Below the pieces are notes generated by a model, which searched no databases, was not told where the DNA came from, and was given only the letters and a program-made list of their open reading frames with translations. Of a stretch of DNA of 64,000 nucleotides, positions 1-13,148 are shown in pieces; position 1 is the first letter of the stretch, and every line of letters starts with the position of its first letter. The translations under genes were made by a program, and so were the position numbers. The stretch covers positions 1,172,508 to 1,236,507 of the forward strand of contig NMRA01000023.1 of the NCBI GenBank assembly GCA_002633005.1, written 5' to 3'. The stretch is from Phoronis australis (lineage: Eukaryota > Animalia > Phoronida).

Positions 1-619
1 CAGTAATGAAATGGAAAATCATATATTTATTTTCATAAAACTGGCATTGATGACGTTACTTGTAGTAATTATTTGAGTGTACAATGGGCTACATTGTTTG
101 TTCACTGTAAGTTTATTGCAAAAGTTGAATATTGATTCCTTCTTTGATCTTGGATTTGCACGCATTTAACCTTGCTCCTGAGTTGTCAAACCCACCTGGT
201 ACATATTTTGCCGTCTTGTAGCGAGCAAGAATGACTTCATGAATCATTGTTTGTTTCCGTCCGGGTGTTATCAAGCATTGAGCTCCAGTTTTTGTAAGGT
301 AACATAAGTCCGCGTGCAGTCAAACTTTTCATTAATGCGATATAATTCTGGTCTCAATTTCTTCCTTAGACAACCTTGTTAAGACCTAAAATTTCATTAT
401 TGTTTGAGACCAGGGTTTAATACGTTGGCTCAACACTGTGAGCCAGTTTATGCCCAAATCATGGCCTCAAGAAAAAAACGAGATTGATCAATTCTACCCA
501 TTCCCACAAATTTCTTCTAATTTCAATAAACAGTTGAGACCAGTGCTATAATTGTAAGTGGCCTATACGCTCATTAAAGGTTCGTTTTCTTGTGGAAGTC
601 ATACAGTTGTATTTACAAC

Positions 620-3600
620 TAGTCGGTGGGCCAGATTTTGTAGGGCCTCTAGAAAATGGTTTTTGTGAATACTTTAGGGGGGCAATTTTATTTTGGTGTT
701 TTTTAATTCATTTATTAGAGTGTTTTCAAAATCTAAAAAGTTCCCACTTATAAAGTTGTACATTTTTGAGAAATTTTAGTTTGAAGTTACCTAATAATCA
801 CCAAAGAGCTTAGTAAACTTATATTTGTAAAAACAACAGTTTTGGTGACTTTTTTGTAAAACAAGTAATATGGTCCCATCAGTGCCATTGTATTGAACAA
901 TATTACACTCACATTACATGTTTAACTATTGTAGATTAATTGTAAAAAGTGAAATTTAAAAAAATTAAAGAGACACCTACTGGCAAAAATGCAAACTAAA
1001 TCTGAATGTTACTAGGAAGTTATTCTGGCATTGTCAGGCAACAAAAATAACACAAAACACTTGAGACTGGGCAAAATTTGTGCCTCAGTGACTAAAACAT
1101 TGACTAATGGTGTAAAATACAGCTTGTTTGCATAATACACCAGAAATACGTTATAGTACAAAAACAATATAGTTGAATGATCTCTGTGAATGTGCACAAA
1201 GACTGTATGAAAATAATAGATTATTCTGACAGCGTTTATCAAGCAGTATGAGACAAATACATGACAATGATCAAAGTATGTACTTTCTATGACTTAATCA
1301 ACAAATAAAATTAACTTTTTAATACAAAAAAGGAAATAACGGGGTTGGAGGTCTATTTAGGGTTGGCCTGTCAAAGAACTATCCAATGTTATGCAGTCAG
1401 TGTTGCTGATGTTACTACAGTTGTCACAGCTGCACATTTCTGTACAGTTTGACCCAGCATTGCAGCACAAACTCAGTTTCCCAGCACACATGTTCTTTTT
1501 GCACTTGCAGCGTTCATCGTTTAGTACTGTCAATGGAGATGCGGTCATTGCCATACATATTAACTGCAAAGCTCCACCGCCAAGGAGCCAACTATGGTCG
1601 ATTAGAGAGGGTACAGCACTGCACACTGGTGATTAGCCCGCAGGCAATGAAGGGTCAAACACTAAGTTCTTGTTTGGAGGCGGGCACTATTTGGGCAAAC
1701 GTTTGATTCAAAATATGTTACAATGGGCTGTGTTAATTAGAGTCAGCAAGTGAATTATTGAACACTAGCCTCAATTCACTTTCGTATCTCTTAGTCAGGC
1801 ACAAACTACAACAGTGAGTAGCTTCAACAATATTTCTTAAGATTGCCTGTCCAAATAACTTCATGCACACCAGCTTTCTGAAGAACAGCTTCAAAGTCTT
1901 GCTTTATTTTTGAAAGGCAAATGACATCTCCATGTGCTAGAAGCTTTGATTCAATGAACTCCAAACAAAACTGTAGAAAAACATCTCTGAAAACTGGGGA
2001 TTCGTCACTCTCCACAATCTTTGTCTTTCTCTTTTTTATAGCATGATGATCTGTGGTACTTGGCTTCTAAGACACAAGGTCTTTATCTTTGAATTTCATT
2101 TGCATATTCAGGGCTCTGGACTGAGCTGTTGCTTGCGATACAAGTCCAACTGAAAAAAACCCGAACTGTTAACACTAATTTAACATTCAACTATGAGTGA
2201 GTTGGCATGCAACTTTTTCAGACGGACGTATCAGGAGCTGATCCACCACCAGCCTAACAAATTTACATGCCGTTTGATCTGTAGCCTAATAATGTTGATC
2301 GTCTAATAATTAGATCAGTAGATGCAGCTGAAAATAAATCAGCTGATATACCTGTGCAGTGATTGAAATTTATTTTTTTTTAAATCAGATGCTCAAACCA
2401 TAGTCAATCGATTTACACTTAAGGTAATCGACGTTTGACGAAATGGACAGTGGCTTCCATCGTCCTCAAATTTCGACGGCGACGATGGCCACTTAGGCAC
2501 TTTAATTTAATTATCATTGCAGCTGCTACCTAAGTAATTAATGTTTACAAAAAATTGAGACTACGGCAGGGGATGACGGCCACTTGGGCATGTTGTTTGC
2601 AACTATCTACTCCATTTAACCTTCTCAAAAATTTTAGACTTAAAGTGCTTTAAAATCACACCCACAGTATAACGCCATAGGATTATCCCTTAGCGCAAGC
2701 AGTGTCGATGTGGCAACTGAATGGAGTGTTCGAAAAACAGGATTGCAGGAGTATTTGTTTAAACTGGGAACAAATGAAAACATTAACGACCTCCTCAGAG
2801 GCATCTCTCTACGCGGTACTTCTAAACTTATAGGAACATAATTTGCCGAAAAGTATCCGGCATATGAAGTACCTATGGTATGATCATCGTCTCTACTGGG
2901 TCAGCAGTATTGTCTAAGGCCTAGGCAGCCAAGGGGCTGAACAAGTTAAAAAACAACTGGTGATAATACTGAAACACACATGGAAAACACCAAGATGTAT
3001 TTTTAAAAAACACGTACCTGTTTTTGAAAGCTATACTTCTTTCTCTTTCTTGAAATGTGGCCCATAATGTACTTTTCCTGCTAACAAATGATGCACTCAT
3101 GTTTCAGAATGTTCCTATCTTGTTCAGGTTAATTGGGTGTTTCAGATTTTGGAAGTAATTGATTTTCTTGGGAAATCTTGGATAACATCTGTATCACTTT
3201 CAGCAACTTCAGCTTTAGTACTACTGTTGGTGCCTTGAAACGTTGCTATGCCGTTCTATGTCCTTTCAATTTTTTGGTCTGACACTTGGTCTTCTAGTCT
3301 ACAGCACTCAGCAGTATACTGTGTAGGCTACCAGGACATGCAGATGTTTTCTGCACAAACGTTTGTGACACCTCTTCTTCTTTTTGATCTACTGATCTAC
3401 AGAGTTCCACAGTCAATCAGCTTTCGTCAGGAAGCTTTCCTAAGCTTCTTTAGGCTCTGACATCACAATTTTGTGCTGTTTGATAAACCTTGAATTATAC
3501 AGGCATCACACTCCATGGGAGCAGCCATATTGAAGTAACTAAGCACAACAATACAATCTGGCTCTCTGATTGGTCAATTCAATAGAAAAGCGCCCTCAAG

Positions 3601-3785
3601 TGGCAGGAATGTGCATCATATTTTGTGCAACAAAAACACCTTTTTTAAAAAAATGTGCACGTGTAGACGTGGGAACTTTTTGGAATTTGATTTATAGGTA
3701 TATTATCTAGCCACATAGAAAAAACTAGGTTGCCCCCCCAAAGTACTCACAAGGATGAACGCTATGAGATCTGGCCCACAGACTA
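620..3785 (-). mobile_element. Academ (AcademX-type) DNA transposon, internally deleted/degenerate, inside a TRPC intron
   Basis: Termini TAGTCGGTGGGCCAGAT (620-636) and ATCTGGCCCACAGACTA (3769-3785) are 16/17 inverted matches, with further imperfect subterminal matches (GAATACTTTAGGGGGGCAA, AAAAAGTTCCCAC). A 3-bp TSD AAC lies at 617-619 and 3786-3788. Minus-strand remnant 1357-1626 encodes a Cys8 finger (CKCKKNMCAGKLSLCCNAGSNCTEMCSCDNCSN). TAG..CTA ends, 3-bp TSD and a C-terminal Cys8 finger fit Academ. Confidence 0.85.
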
Positions 3786-3921
3786 AACACCTTCCACTCC
3801 AAATCATCGAGCTGTATATATTATTGTCCTCGCGTAAAGAAAGCGAACACTTCACCCACTAGGCCACACTACCTCCTCTATACGGCGCGTTCATGGTAGC
3901 TTGAAAAAATTATCCTTTCAG

Positions 3922-4048
3922 GTTAAATGCCTACAGAGGACTATGCAGCGCCGCTTACTTGTGTCTGTCGTCGGATGATCCGATACTTGTGGCGTTTGAA
4001 AGAAGCAAACAGTTGGAGAGACTTGCCGAACGGGAAAAGGAAACGAAG
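3922..4048 (+). CDS. TRPC: TRPC exon (post-ankyrin TRP_2/linker region)
   Basis: ttcAG|G TTA AAT GCC... = (R)LNAYRGLCSAAYLCLSSDDPILVAFERSKQLERLAEREKETK|GTAAGA. Not in the ORF track; matches the TRPC pattern RLNxYxxLASPxxxxLSSxDP. Confidence 0.92.
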
Positions 4049-4266
4049 GTAAGAAGACTCCACTGGGATACCTTTATTGAAATATGTTAATCCAGTAAAG
4101 CTAAGTAGCAGAAATATGCTTACCAACACGAGAAATTGGTGTTTCATCGTAATACTTTGTCAGTGATGATGTAACGGCTAACAATGTTTTAAGTGTGCTT
4201 GTCTTTTCTCCTCCTATTCTTGGTCAATCACCAATTATCATGTTATTATCACTATCATTATCATCA

Positions 4267-4287
4267 TTGTTGTTTTTGTTGTTGTTT

Positions 4288-4340
<53 letters not shown>

Positions 4341-4367
4341 GGAGGTGGTATGGTGCTGCTGCTGCTG
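4267..4367. repeat. Compound microsatellite (TTG)n-(TGG)n-(TGC)n
   Basis: Directly visible trinucleotide runs; they explain the poly-C/L/T ORFs here. Confidence 0.95.
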
Positions 4368-7278
4368 GTGTTGCCGTGCGTTGCACCGTAGATAACAAAA
4401 TCTACACGTGTGTGTGACTTGGAAAATAAATACATTTTAGGACATGACATTCGTCACAGTTCGCGACATTCAAAGGTGATGTATCTAAATTGGAATAATG
4501 AAGTTATCTAAGTGCAACACCATGAAAGCAGTTTGACGTCCCGGCACTTGTAATACCTTGTGCACTGAACTATACTGTGTTAGCTTGATTCAATTGGTTA
4601 ATCTCAATATACCCGCATAATTTAAAAGGTCACCGACTTCATTTTTGAATTAGCTCGTTTACTGCATGATGGTTCAATAAAACAAGGTCAGTAAAGCGGT
4701 GAAATAAATCCTAGTTTATTAATGGGTTTAGTAAGGGCATATTCAAAACGATCGGGGAAACTCCACCCACAGCACTAAGTCTGGCGACACAAAACCACGC
4801 GAGTGAAAAGCGAATATTTCACGAGTATGCCGGAGACCTTACCAGCTCAACGACGGCTCTTAAAGTGATCGGTCAGTGTGGTTGGGAATTGTGGGATACG
4901 ACTCATAAATTAGAAGGGTTACCCTAGTACACGGATTCAAGATGAGATTTGTTTTGCCTTGCACTCGCATACTGGAAAACTAGGTAGAATGCGGAACAAG
5001 CCGATTTTCAACTTTTTGTTCTTTGAGGACATGACAGTAAAATGCATACCGTTCTTGGTAACGAGAAAATGGCGAAAGGAGCGCTTGAAAATGAATTTGT
5101 GCCACTTGTACCGGGAATACCACGGTGTTGTTTGGATACAGAAACTTTTGAGATTATTTAGAAATTACTTTTATCCGTGGAAACTCGGCCGTTTCGCTGG
5201 TCAGTCAAATCCGCGGTGATCGCTGATAGTAATAATTTCGGTATTAGTATGAAGGCCGCAATTGTTTTTACGTCTAATTTACAGTGTAATTACGAACCCT
5301 TGGGTGGACTCCGTGAAAACGTGGCTGACCTCGCAAATTACTGGATATTGTTGAAAACGATCTCATTTTAAATGTACTCCAAAGTTAAATACGTGGTTTT
5401 CAGGAAGTAAAACGAGTTTGTGGCAATCCTGAATATGCTCAGGGTGACATAATTTAATTTTTTGAAATCTAGTGGAGGTCTTTCGTGAATTGTTTAATCT
5501 ACCTTATTGAAAATTCAGTATAGCGGACGAAACCGTGTAGTCGTGTATACCATAGATTAAAAGTCAATAATCTTAGGGTATACACGAGTCAATGATTTTG
5601 AGTTAGGCATGTGTAGCGTGTGCGCTCTCGCTTTGACGGTAGACATCAAGGTATTCGGTAACGATCCGACTTCTATATTGCGCGATACAAATTCATACTT
5701 CTCTTAAAATGGCTAGTTAATAGCGAAAACAACGCTTGATAACATATCTATGCCACCAGTACATGAATAGTGCGGGGTTGTTTAGACACAGAAACTTTAA
5801 TATTATTTATGAAATTAAATGTTATCCCTCGAATCATGGTTTCGCTGGTCAGCCAATGCCTTGATAGCAATAACTTGTAATCGTAATAGTATTAAACCGA
5901 TAATTGCAATAAATTGATATTTGCAAATCTTATTGTCCCGTCCATTTAGATTGAAAGCTCACGTGGATTGGTTTCTTTACTCTACCAAATTAAATATTCA
6001 AGATAGTTTACTCGTCTATTTACAGTTTCTGTTCCATAAGCAGATAATTGTCGTTATAAGTGCATTGCTGTCTCAGGTCTGCGGAACGTAATGTAGCCCT
6101 AACCAGGGTGTTGAGGTAGAGCGATGCGTTACGTATCCGCAAGACAGTTGCAAGGTAGATACGGAGGGAAGTATTCGCTTATGCAAGGGAACCAAATAAC
6201 TACTTCCCATAATTTCAGTGACTGCCAGTTTGCAAATGCACGCTAGTAAGCCTAAGGTGCTAAACTTACTGGCGAACAAAATTTCTTTTTCACTGCTGTC
6301 CTGGTTCAGCGTAACGTACTCCAGCTTAGCAAGAGCACGTCAAAACGAGTCGACGTCTCCCCCCCTAGTGTATTGATCTTTCCGTATAAAGCTGAACGAA
6401 TTACAACTGAAAATTTGTTTAACGTAAGATTATAGCCATATCCCCAACCATTTGTAACAGGAATACACTATTATTCATTCATGAAGTAATATCCTGAGGA
6501 CGATTGCTGATAACTTATTGTATTTACGTTAATACAATGTCTAACGTTTCCATGGTAAATCAATCCATTAATGTCAAGGAAATATAAAAACCATAAAAGG
6601 GCCACAGCTAATCAAATGCAACTAAAAACAGTGACACCAGTAGCAGCATTAATGTACAAATGGCCAAAACTATCACCCAAAAGAAAAGCCCAATATAGTC
6701 CTAAGTTAAGGTTACCGTGAAGCGTTCTTCATATTTTGCGATTTTCAGGGTCACGAATTCGCATTTAGGTAACATAATAGTCTATGAATTTCCAAGAACA
6801 TTTTAAAAATGAAATTAAACGAGCGAAACATTTTACAAATGCCTTACTATTTCCGGCAGGTGTCACAACTAATACCCGTACACAACGTACACACATTTAT
6901 ACACTTCGTTTGACTATCAGACACACCAATCAAGCATATCTTCACAAACAAAATATGTAATACCAATAACGTTGAAAAATTAACTAATGCTAGGTATTAG
7001 TGCGTTACGTGTGAATAGAAGTCGCATTTGAAAAATGATAAATATAGATTATTACATGTTTTCAGTTGTTATCCCACGTATTCTAGAGCACGAGTGGATT
7101 TTGGAGAATTATCAAAGTGCCCTGTATGGCAGTAACGAATAGAAGCAGAAATCTGGATAATGGTAGCCATTATTTGCATTCGAGAAAATATCAATGTAAT
7201 TTTCTTGTGGTTCCTTTTATTCTAGCAAAAAGCACAAGTAAGGTTTAGAATAATGACGGCCTTAATTTGCAGAAATTT

Positions 7279-9260
7279 TGCATAATGGAGGCACTGATTT
7301 GCAAATTTAAAAATGTTCAATGTTGTCACGATTACAACCCAACTAAAATGCTTCATGGGGGGGCACCTCAAGATAAAACACAAAAAAAATTAAACATGAG
7401 TGGCTATTAGATTATTAATCCAAAAAAATGAGATGTGTATATACTTGGCTCCGGCGGGCAACAGAATGTCCATTGAAAACAAGAAGTGCTAATTTACTTC
7501 ATTTCACAACTTGATTTTTAAGACGCGTCGCAAAATTAAATGAAAACAATTGACAGATGGGGTATCTCTAAATAATATTCATAAACCGAAAAAGAGTTCA
7601 ACACAACTTCAATAAAAAGGAAAGAAAAAGTCAGGTAATACAGTGATTTCATGTCACACAGACAAGCTATGTATAACGACATTGTCATTTGTGGCGCAAT
7701 GTAGCGCCAAGGGACGCATGAACCACGATGCTGTGTCTTATGCTTAAAAATAAAAACTACTGGCTACACCCCATTGTTAAACACACGCTTATCGTTGTTT
7801 TATGTTGCGTTAATTACATATATTCATTTCCCGCAAGTTTAGCAGTGTTAGGTAAAATGATTATGATAAACGTGTGATCTGCATGGCGTGATACTAATTG
7901 TAATACGATGTAAATATTATCAAAATAGTGAAGAGCACTTCACGATATTGATATTGCTTTTTGGCCAGAATAGATTGGCAATCAAAGAGTCTTGCCATTG
8001 TTGGCAACCGGGGGTTACGAACTCTAAGCCACCTTTTCTTAAGGTCGCATTAAGTCAGCGTCTCATTCATAATACAAATAAATCCGATAACACAAAGCCG
8101 CCTTGGCTTCACCTCAGTGTGGTTACCCAACATGCATTGAAAACTGGTCGCGGCTTCAAGCTTACCTTAGCTTGACCTTACATCTGATGTGTTGGATGAT
8201 GGGATAAACCAGTCGCGACGTGCGATTACTTATAAAGAACATGAACCTATTGTTGAATTTGTCATTGTTTACAAGAAATTCAAATTATTGTTATCGAATT
8301 TGTTGTTGTTGTTGTTGTTTTTGTTGTTATTAATAGTAGTAGCAGCAGCGGCAGCGGCAGCGGCAGCGGCAGCGGCAGCGGCAGCAGCAGCAGCAGCAGC
8401 AGCAGCAGCGTTACAGTTACTGTAAAACCCGGCAACTGGAGGCATACCCTAATTGTAAAGGTGTGCCAATATGCTGAGCTTAGGCAAATATGCAGCTCAG
8501 GTAAAGAGTAGTTCTCTGACAAGGGACCACCTGCTGGGATATGTTGGATTCTGTTGGCGACTTCATGAATTAAATTTGCTGATGCAGAAGTACCACATTA
8601 TTTCCAGGTGTTCCATTTTTGTTTTCGAATGTTGGAAAGTATGTGACATACGTATATAGCATGTCTTAAGTTATTGAAAATCAGTAAACGACATGCCATA
8701 AGCTATCCTATTGATCATGTACATCAAAAGGAATGTGAAGCAGACAGCCAAAAACAAATAAACAGTGGTGAAGACTCAAATAACAGGCAACCAAGTTTGA
8801 AAATGCGTTGTTCACCTGCTACCACATTTTCACCGTTGATACTGTGGCAAAGACGATATATGTAAAAGATTAAATCAAAACAGATGCGAATGTATTATCA
8901 AACGTGACATAAGTGAACGATGAGGGCATCCAAGCTTCACGCAACTAGTCTAAGATTGCTGACGAAGTGGGGAACGATAAATGGGTACAAGTGGAAATGT
9001 GTGTCACGCGGGTGCTCTCTCACTGACCATAGAAACGTGGGTGGAACATCAAACTAATCTAACTGCAATGCTTGGTATTTAAGTTATAAGCAAAAACATA
9101 TATTTGCATAATGGAGAACTTAATTTGCATATTTAAAAATGACCATGGTTACCAAGAGCACAACTCAGCTGAAATGCTTCAGGAGGGGCACCTAGACATG
9201 ATACAAGCAAACAAATTTTACTACCCAAACTTCTGGTGCCCATTTCTGCCTACTAGACTG
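7279..9260. repeat. Two diverged copies (~7279-7385 and ~9105-9215) of a dispersed repeat, probably Academ-type MITE fragments
   Basis: Both share TTTGCA.AATGGAG..ATTTGCA.ATTTAAAAATG..AAATGCTTCA.G.GGGGCACCT; the second copy runs to ...CTACTAGACT, which resembles an Academ end. Confidence 0.45.
8300..8410. repeat. Compound microsatellite (TTG)n / (GCAGCG)n / (GCA)n
   Basis: Directly visible runs. Confidence 0.95.
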
Positions 9261-10255
9261 TAATGTTATTTGCAAAATAAGTCGGACCACTAGACGAAAC
9301 GCTTGTTAACATTTTTACTGCCTCGATCCAAGAGAATAAAACTTACTTTATGTCTGGGATCTGTTTCATGAAAAGTGGCTTAAACTTAAAATTTGATTTT
9401 TCGCTCCAACTTCATAATTGCAAAATAAAGGTTTAGTCGTTCAATTATTAGAACATCACAGATTGGAAATAATTCGTGCAATTTTTCTCAGTAAGTAATA
9501 ATTATGAGTCCATATCAGATACTGTATTCCTTTGATAAAGCGAATTCAACCTATTTTTTAAAAATATGAGTGGCGTTAGATCAAATTTCTGTCTTTTAAA
9601 AAAAACAAAGTCTCACTTTTCATGACACAAAAAAACTGATGTTTGATTACATATCTGTACAGGGGTGATAGTTCGAAATGATATAAAAGTATTATTATAT
9701 TGGGATCAGGAAGAATCGCCTTTTCCTGATACAAAGGAACTAGGTTTATTTTGATCGAGTCCGTAAAAGAGTTAGTTAGTGATTAAAATGAAATTACCTT
9801 GACTCGAAGTTCCGTTGCTTGTTTAGCATAAAGTCATTTGGGAAAACGATGTTTATATTTGCTTCTATTACAGTCTACAACGAATGATCTATGCCGCCAG
9901 TTTGTTAGAAGAAAGACTGATGGATGTTCTTTAGCATCCATGAATTCTACTTGAAGATGAATCAACATCATTTCCTCTGAAATGTTACAAAGCAAACGAC
10001 TTCCGGACCAAACTTTTCTTCAGTCACTATTCATTAATCGATTTTTTAAATTATCAAAGCTCAAGCAGCAAACACGTGCTGCGCACTGAGCGACAGATGC
10101 ATTTTTTTCTCATTACGCTAATGAATTGAGGGCTGCAACTTCTTGATATCTTACTCATTTCAAGAGCATTTATGATATATTAAATTATTGAACACAATGT
10201 GATCCATATATGCTCCTAAGTTTGAATAAAAGCAATGTTCTTTCCGCTTTCTTAG

Positions 10256-10417
10256 CACGAATACAAAATGCTGAGTCTGCAATGCAAAAGTTTTGCCGTT
10301 GATATGCTGGATCTTTGCCGGACGCAAGAGGAAGTAATGGCCGCTATTTACGGAGCAGATGGGGATTTACGTGACCTCTCGCGGATGAAACTGGCTATTC
10401 GATACGAGCAGAAGAAT
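10256..10417 (+). CDS. TRPC: TRPC exon (linker helices)
   Basis: cttAG|HEYKMLSLQCKSFAVDMLDLCRTQEEV...RMKLAIRYEQKN|GTAAGA; 162 nt, phase 0/0. Confidence 0.95.
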
Positions 10418-11395
10418 GTAAGACATCAAGGTCCTCTTTCTCAAAGTCTATTAGCTTTTGTCTTTTAGCCTTAGCAAAAAGTCAGAAACCTTAATACCAA
10501 TAACCAAGATGTGTTTTTGTCTTTTGCGGACAGATTTTCTGACTTCCAGCCTTAGCATGATTTTCGTGAAAAAGATAAGCCATCCGTAGACTGTTTTTCA
10601 GCCTTACGTCAAACGACAAAAGACAATAAACTCATTGAGAAACAACCCTCAGTATTCTTTCTGTATCTGAAAATTGAACTGATTGAAGTGAATGTTGCGA
10701 GTCCATATTGCAACAATTCACAAGAGAGATGCGTCAAACTGAGAACACCTATCAAGGCTAAAGGTATAGAAACGTTACTTGATTTACAGAACCTAGACTT
10801 ACAATAATTAGCAAAGATGAATGAGATATGTAATATGAAGATTTGTTTTTGTCATCGTTACAGCCCGTATGTCTATTGTGGTGACCAAGTTGTAACTCTT
10901 AGATTTGTTTAGTTTTCCCCTATTTGCTATATACGTCTTTGTGCGAAAAAGGATTCCTCGTCGCTAAAAAAAAAATTTCTCTCGGTTTGCTCCACCCCTC
11001 TTTCTACACAGTATAGTTGTTGTAATTACAACTTCAGAACTCTTATCTTGCTGTTTTATAAATTCAAACTATTGCGTAATCTCTGGACATTTGTTTTTAA
11101 CATTTATTGGAAATTCACTGAAAACACAGTTATTAAAGTGTTATTATAGGCACATATTTTTCCACGATGATTGTGACAAAAGGATCCTATGTGGCTGGCG
11201 ATATTTTTTGCCATTTTGGCCTCAGGTTTGTACAGAGCGTCTTTCGTATTAGCCACAATGCAACACGAAAACCTGTGACTATTCGAACATCCGGGTTCAA
11301 AGCACGATTAATCAGCAAGTTCACACCTGATCATACATGTAGCTCAGTGGTAACTTTGACATCGTCATCATAACAACAACTCTCTTTGCTTGCAG

Positions 11396-11560
11396 TTCAT
11401 CGCCCATTCGAGCTTACAAGAACATCTGGCCGACATCTGGTACCAAGACCTCCCTTGGTTTCGTCATCTTCCCTTCGTTGTCATGGTATTCATTGTCCCG
11501 ATGTGCATGTCACTGATGCCTCTAATGGCCATCGTCTATTTCTTTGCTCCAAACTCTAAG
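11396..11560 (+). CDS. TRPC: TRPC exon (pre-S1 elbow)
   Basis: tgcAG|FIAHSSLQEHLADIWY...AIVYFFAPNSK|GTATGG; 165 nt, phase 0/0. Confidence 0.95.
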
Positions 11561-11950
11561 GTATGGAAATACTTGGGTTACTTTTGGAGACAAAAGTGTA
11601 AAATATAATATTCCAAAAACCATAGAAACTCAGTTCTATGCGAAAACGATTCATATTAAGAAAAAGCCACCGATTCAAAATATAACGAGCTGTCTTTGCA
11701 TGCTTGCGACTTTGTCCTTGAGTTGGAGTCAACGGCTGGAATTGGCATGTGGATCATTTGTGCTAGAGAAAATTTAACGTATGCCTGAGCGATGCTTATT
11801 ATAAAATTAAATGAGTACGGCTTGAATTGGAGCAATTAGTATTTTTGTCAATGACCTTTTTGTCGTCATTATTATGAATATTGCTACCATTATTGGTGTA
11901 ATTGTTGTCGATGGCATTGTTCTTGATTCGGTTGCCGACCTCTTTTTTAG

Positions 11951-12122
11951 ACTGGTAAACTGGTCAGCAGCCCTTTGGTGAAGTTCCTGAACCATAGCGC
12001 AGCTTATTTTGCCTTCCTGTTACTACTGTTCATTGCCACCACCAGAGAGTCGATATCTACGTCCAACGCCTTCAGCGGCACAGATGGAATCGTCACGCTA
12101 TTGATATTAGTTTTTATATGTG
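11951..12122 (+). CDS. TRPC: TRPC exon (S1-S2)
   Basis: tttAG|TGKLVSSPLVKFLNHSAAYFAFLLLLFIATT...TLLILVFIC-G|GTACGT; phase 0/1; not in the ORF track. Confidence 0.93.
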
Positions 12123-12962
12123 GTACGTGGTCGCGCTGGCGCATCTAATTGTGGATAAAAGTTTCATGAAGACAGTCAAATTTTCCGCTATTTATACACT
12201 TAGTCAAACTAAGTCTAATTGTCAAATTGTCTTCTACTTAGCCACCAAATAGCATAACCAACTAGTCTAACATAGCCCTATGGGATCGAATAGTTAAAGA
12301 GTAAGTAACTCCACCTAGTCGCATGGCCCTTAACACTAATATACCAAACTAGGATCCTAAACTAGATTTGATGTCGAGGAATTTTCACTGTAGTCTCTGC
12401 CCATCTCTTTTTGGGGTACTCATGGCCACCGCGGAGCCCAGGTAGAAATAGTTAAAATTTAAGTCTAGCACTAACTAACAATAAAAATGCTGATCCTCGT
12501 TGGACTTCGTGAAATCGTGGCCGACCTTTGCAAAGTTCCGAATTTTTATTGACAACATCGGCATTTTACAGTACTATTTAAAATTGAGCATAGGTGGAAA
12601 AAATAAGTTTGGGGTAATCCTGAATACTTTGAGGATGGCATAATTGCAACTTTTTGATAATCCAGAATAGTCAACACCGATTACGTGCTCGAGGCCGGAA
12701 CGAGGTGGTGAAGCTTCCGAACTGCGTTGTCTGCCGATATTCGTAACGTGTCACCAGGCAACTAAATCTCTCAACAAGGAGGCATTTAATATTGACCCGG
12801 TCTACAGACGCAGTGCGAGATTAATGTATGCCGATTCGAAGAAATTTATACGTACTTGATCATCTTTCTGGGAAAGAGACCTAGAACCTCACCGTCTGGT
12901 GATGTCGCTGTTCAAACTCGTGTCACTGTCGTTTTTTTTTGAATTTATACAAATCTTTGCAG

Positions 12963-13148
12963 GTTTTCTTTGGACGGAGATGAAGCAAGTGTATTTAGGG
13001 GGTGTCCGCCACTATCTGCGAGACATGTGGAACTTTATAGACATGACCATGTTGTGTCTGTATTTAGGATCCTACGGACTGGAGATACTAATGTATTTCA
13101 AGAAAGGTGGAAACAATGCCAACAAATATACGTGGGTTGATACTGGAG
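12963..13148 (+). CDS. TRPC: TRPC exon (S2-S3)
   Basis: tgcAG|GFLWTEMKQVYLGGVRHYLRDMWNFIDMTMLCLY...DTG|GTAAGT; phase 1/1. Confidence 0.95.

Noticed and set aside
1-616. Further upstream TRPC exon ending at the GT at 299
   Set aside because: The required frame has a stop at 279-281 and no ankyrin or TRP_2 motif.
4193-4450. Poly-Cys/Leu/Thr ORFs (also poly-Ala at 8189-8522)
   Set aside because: They are translations of microsatellites.
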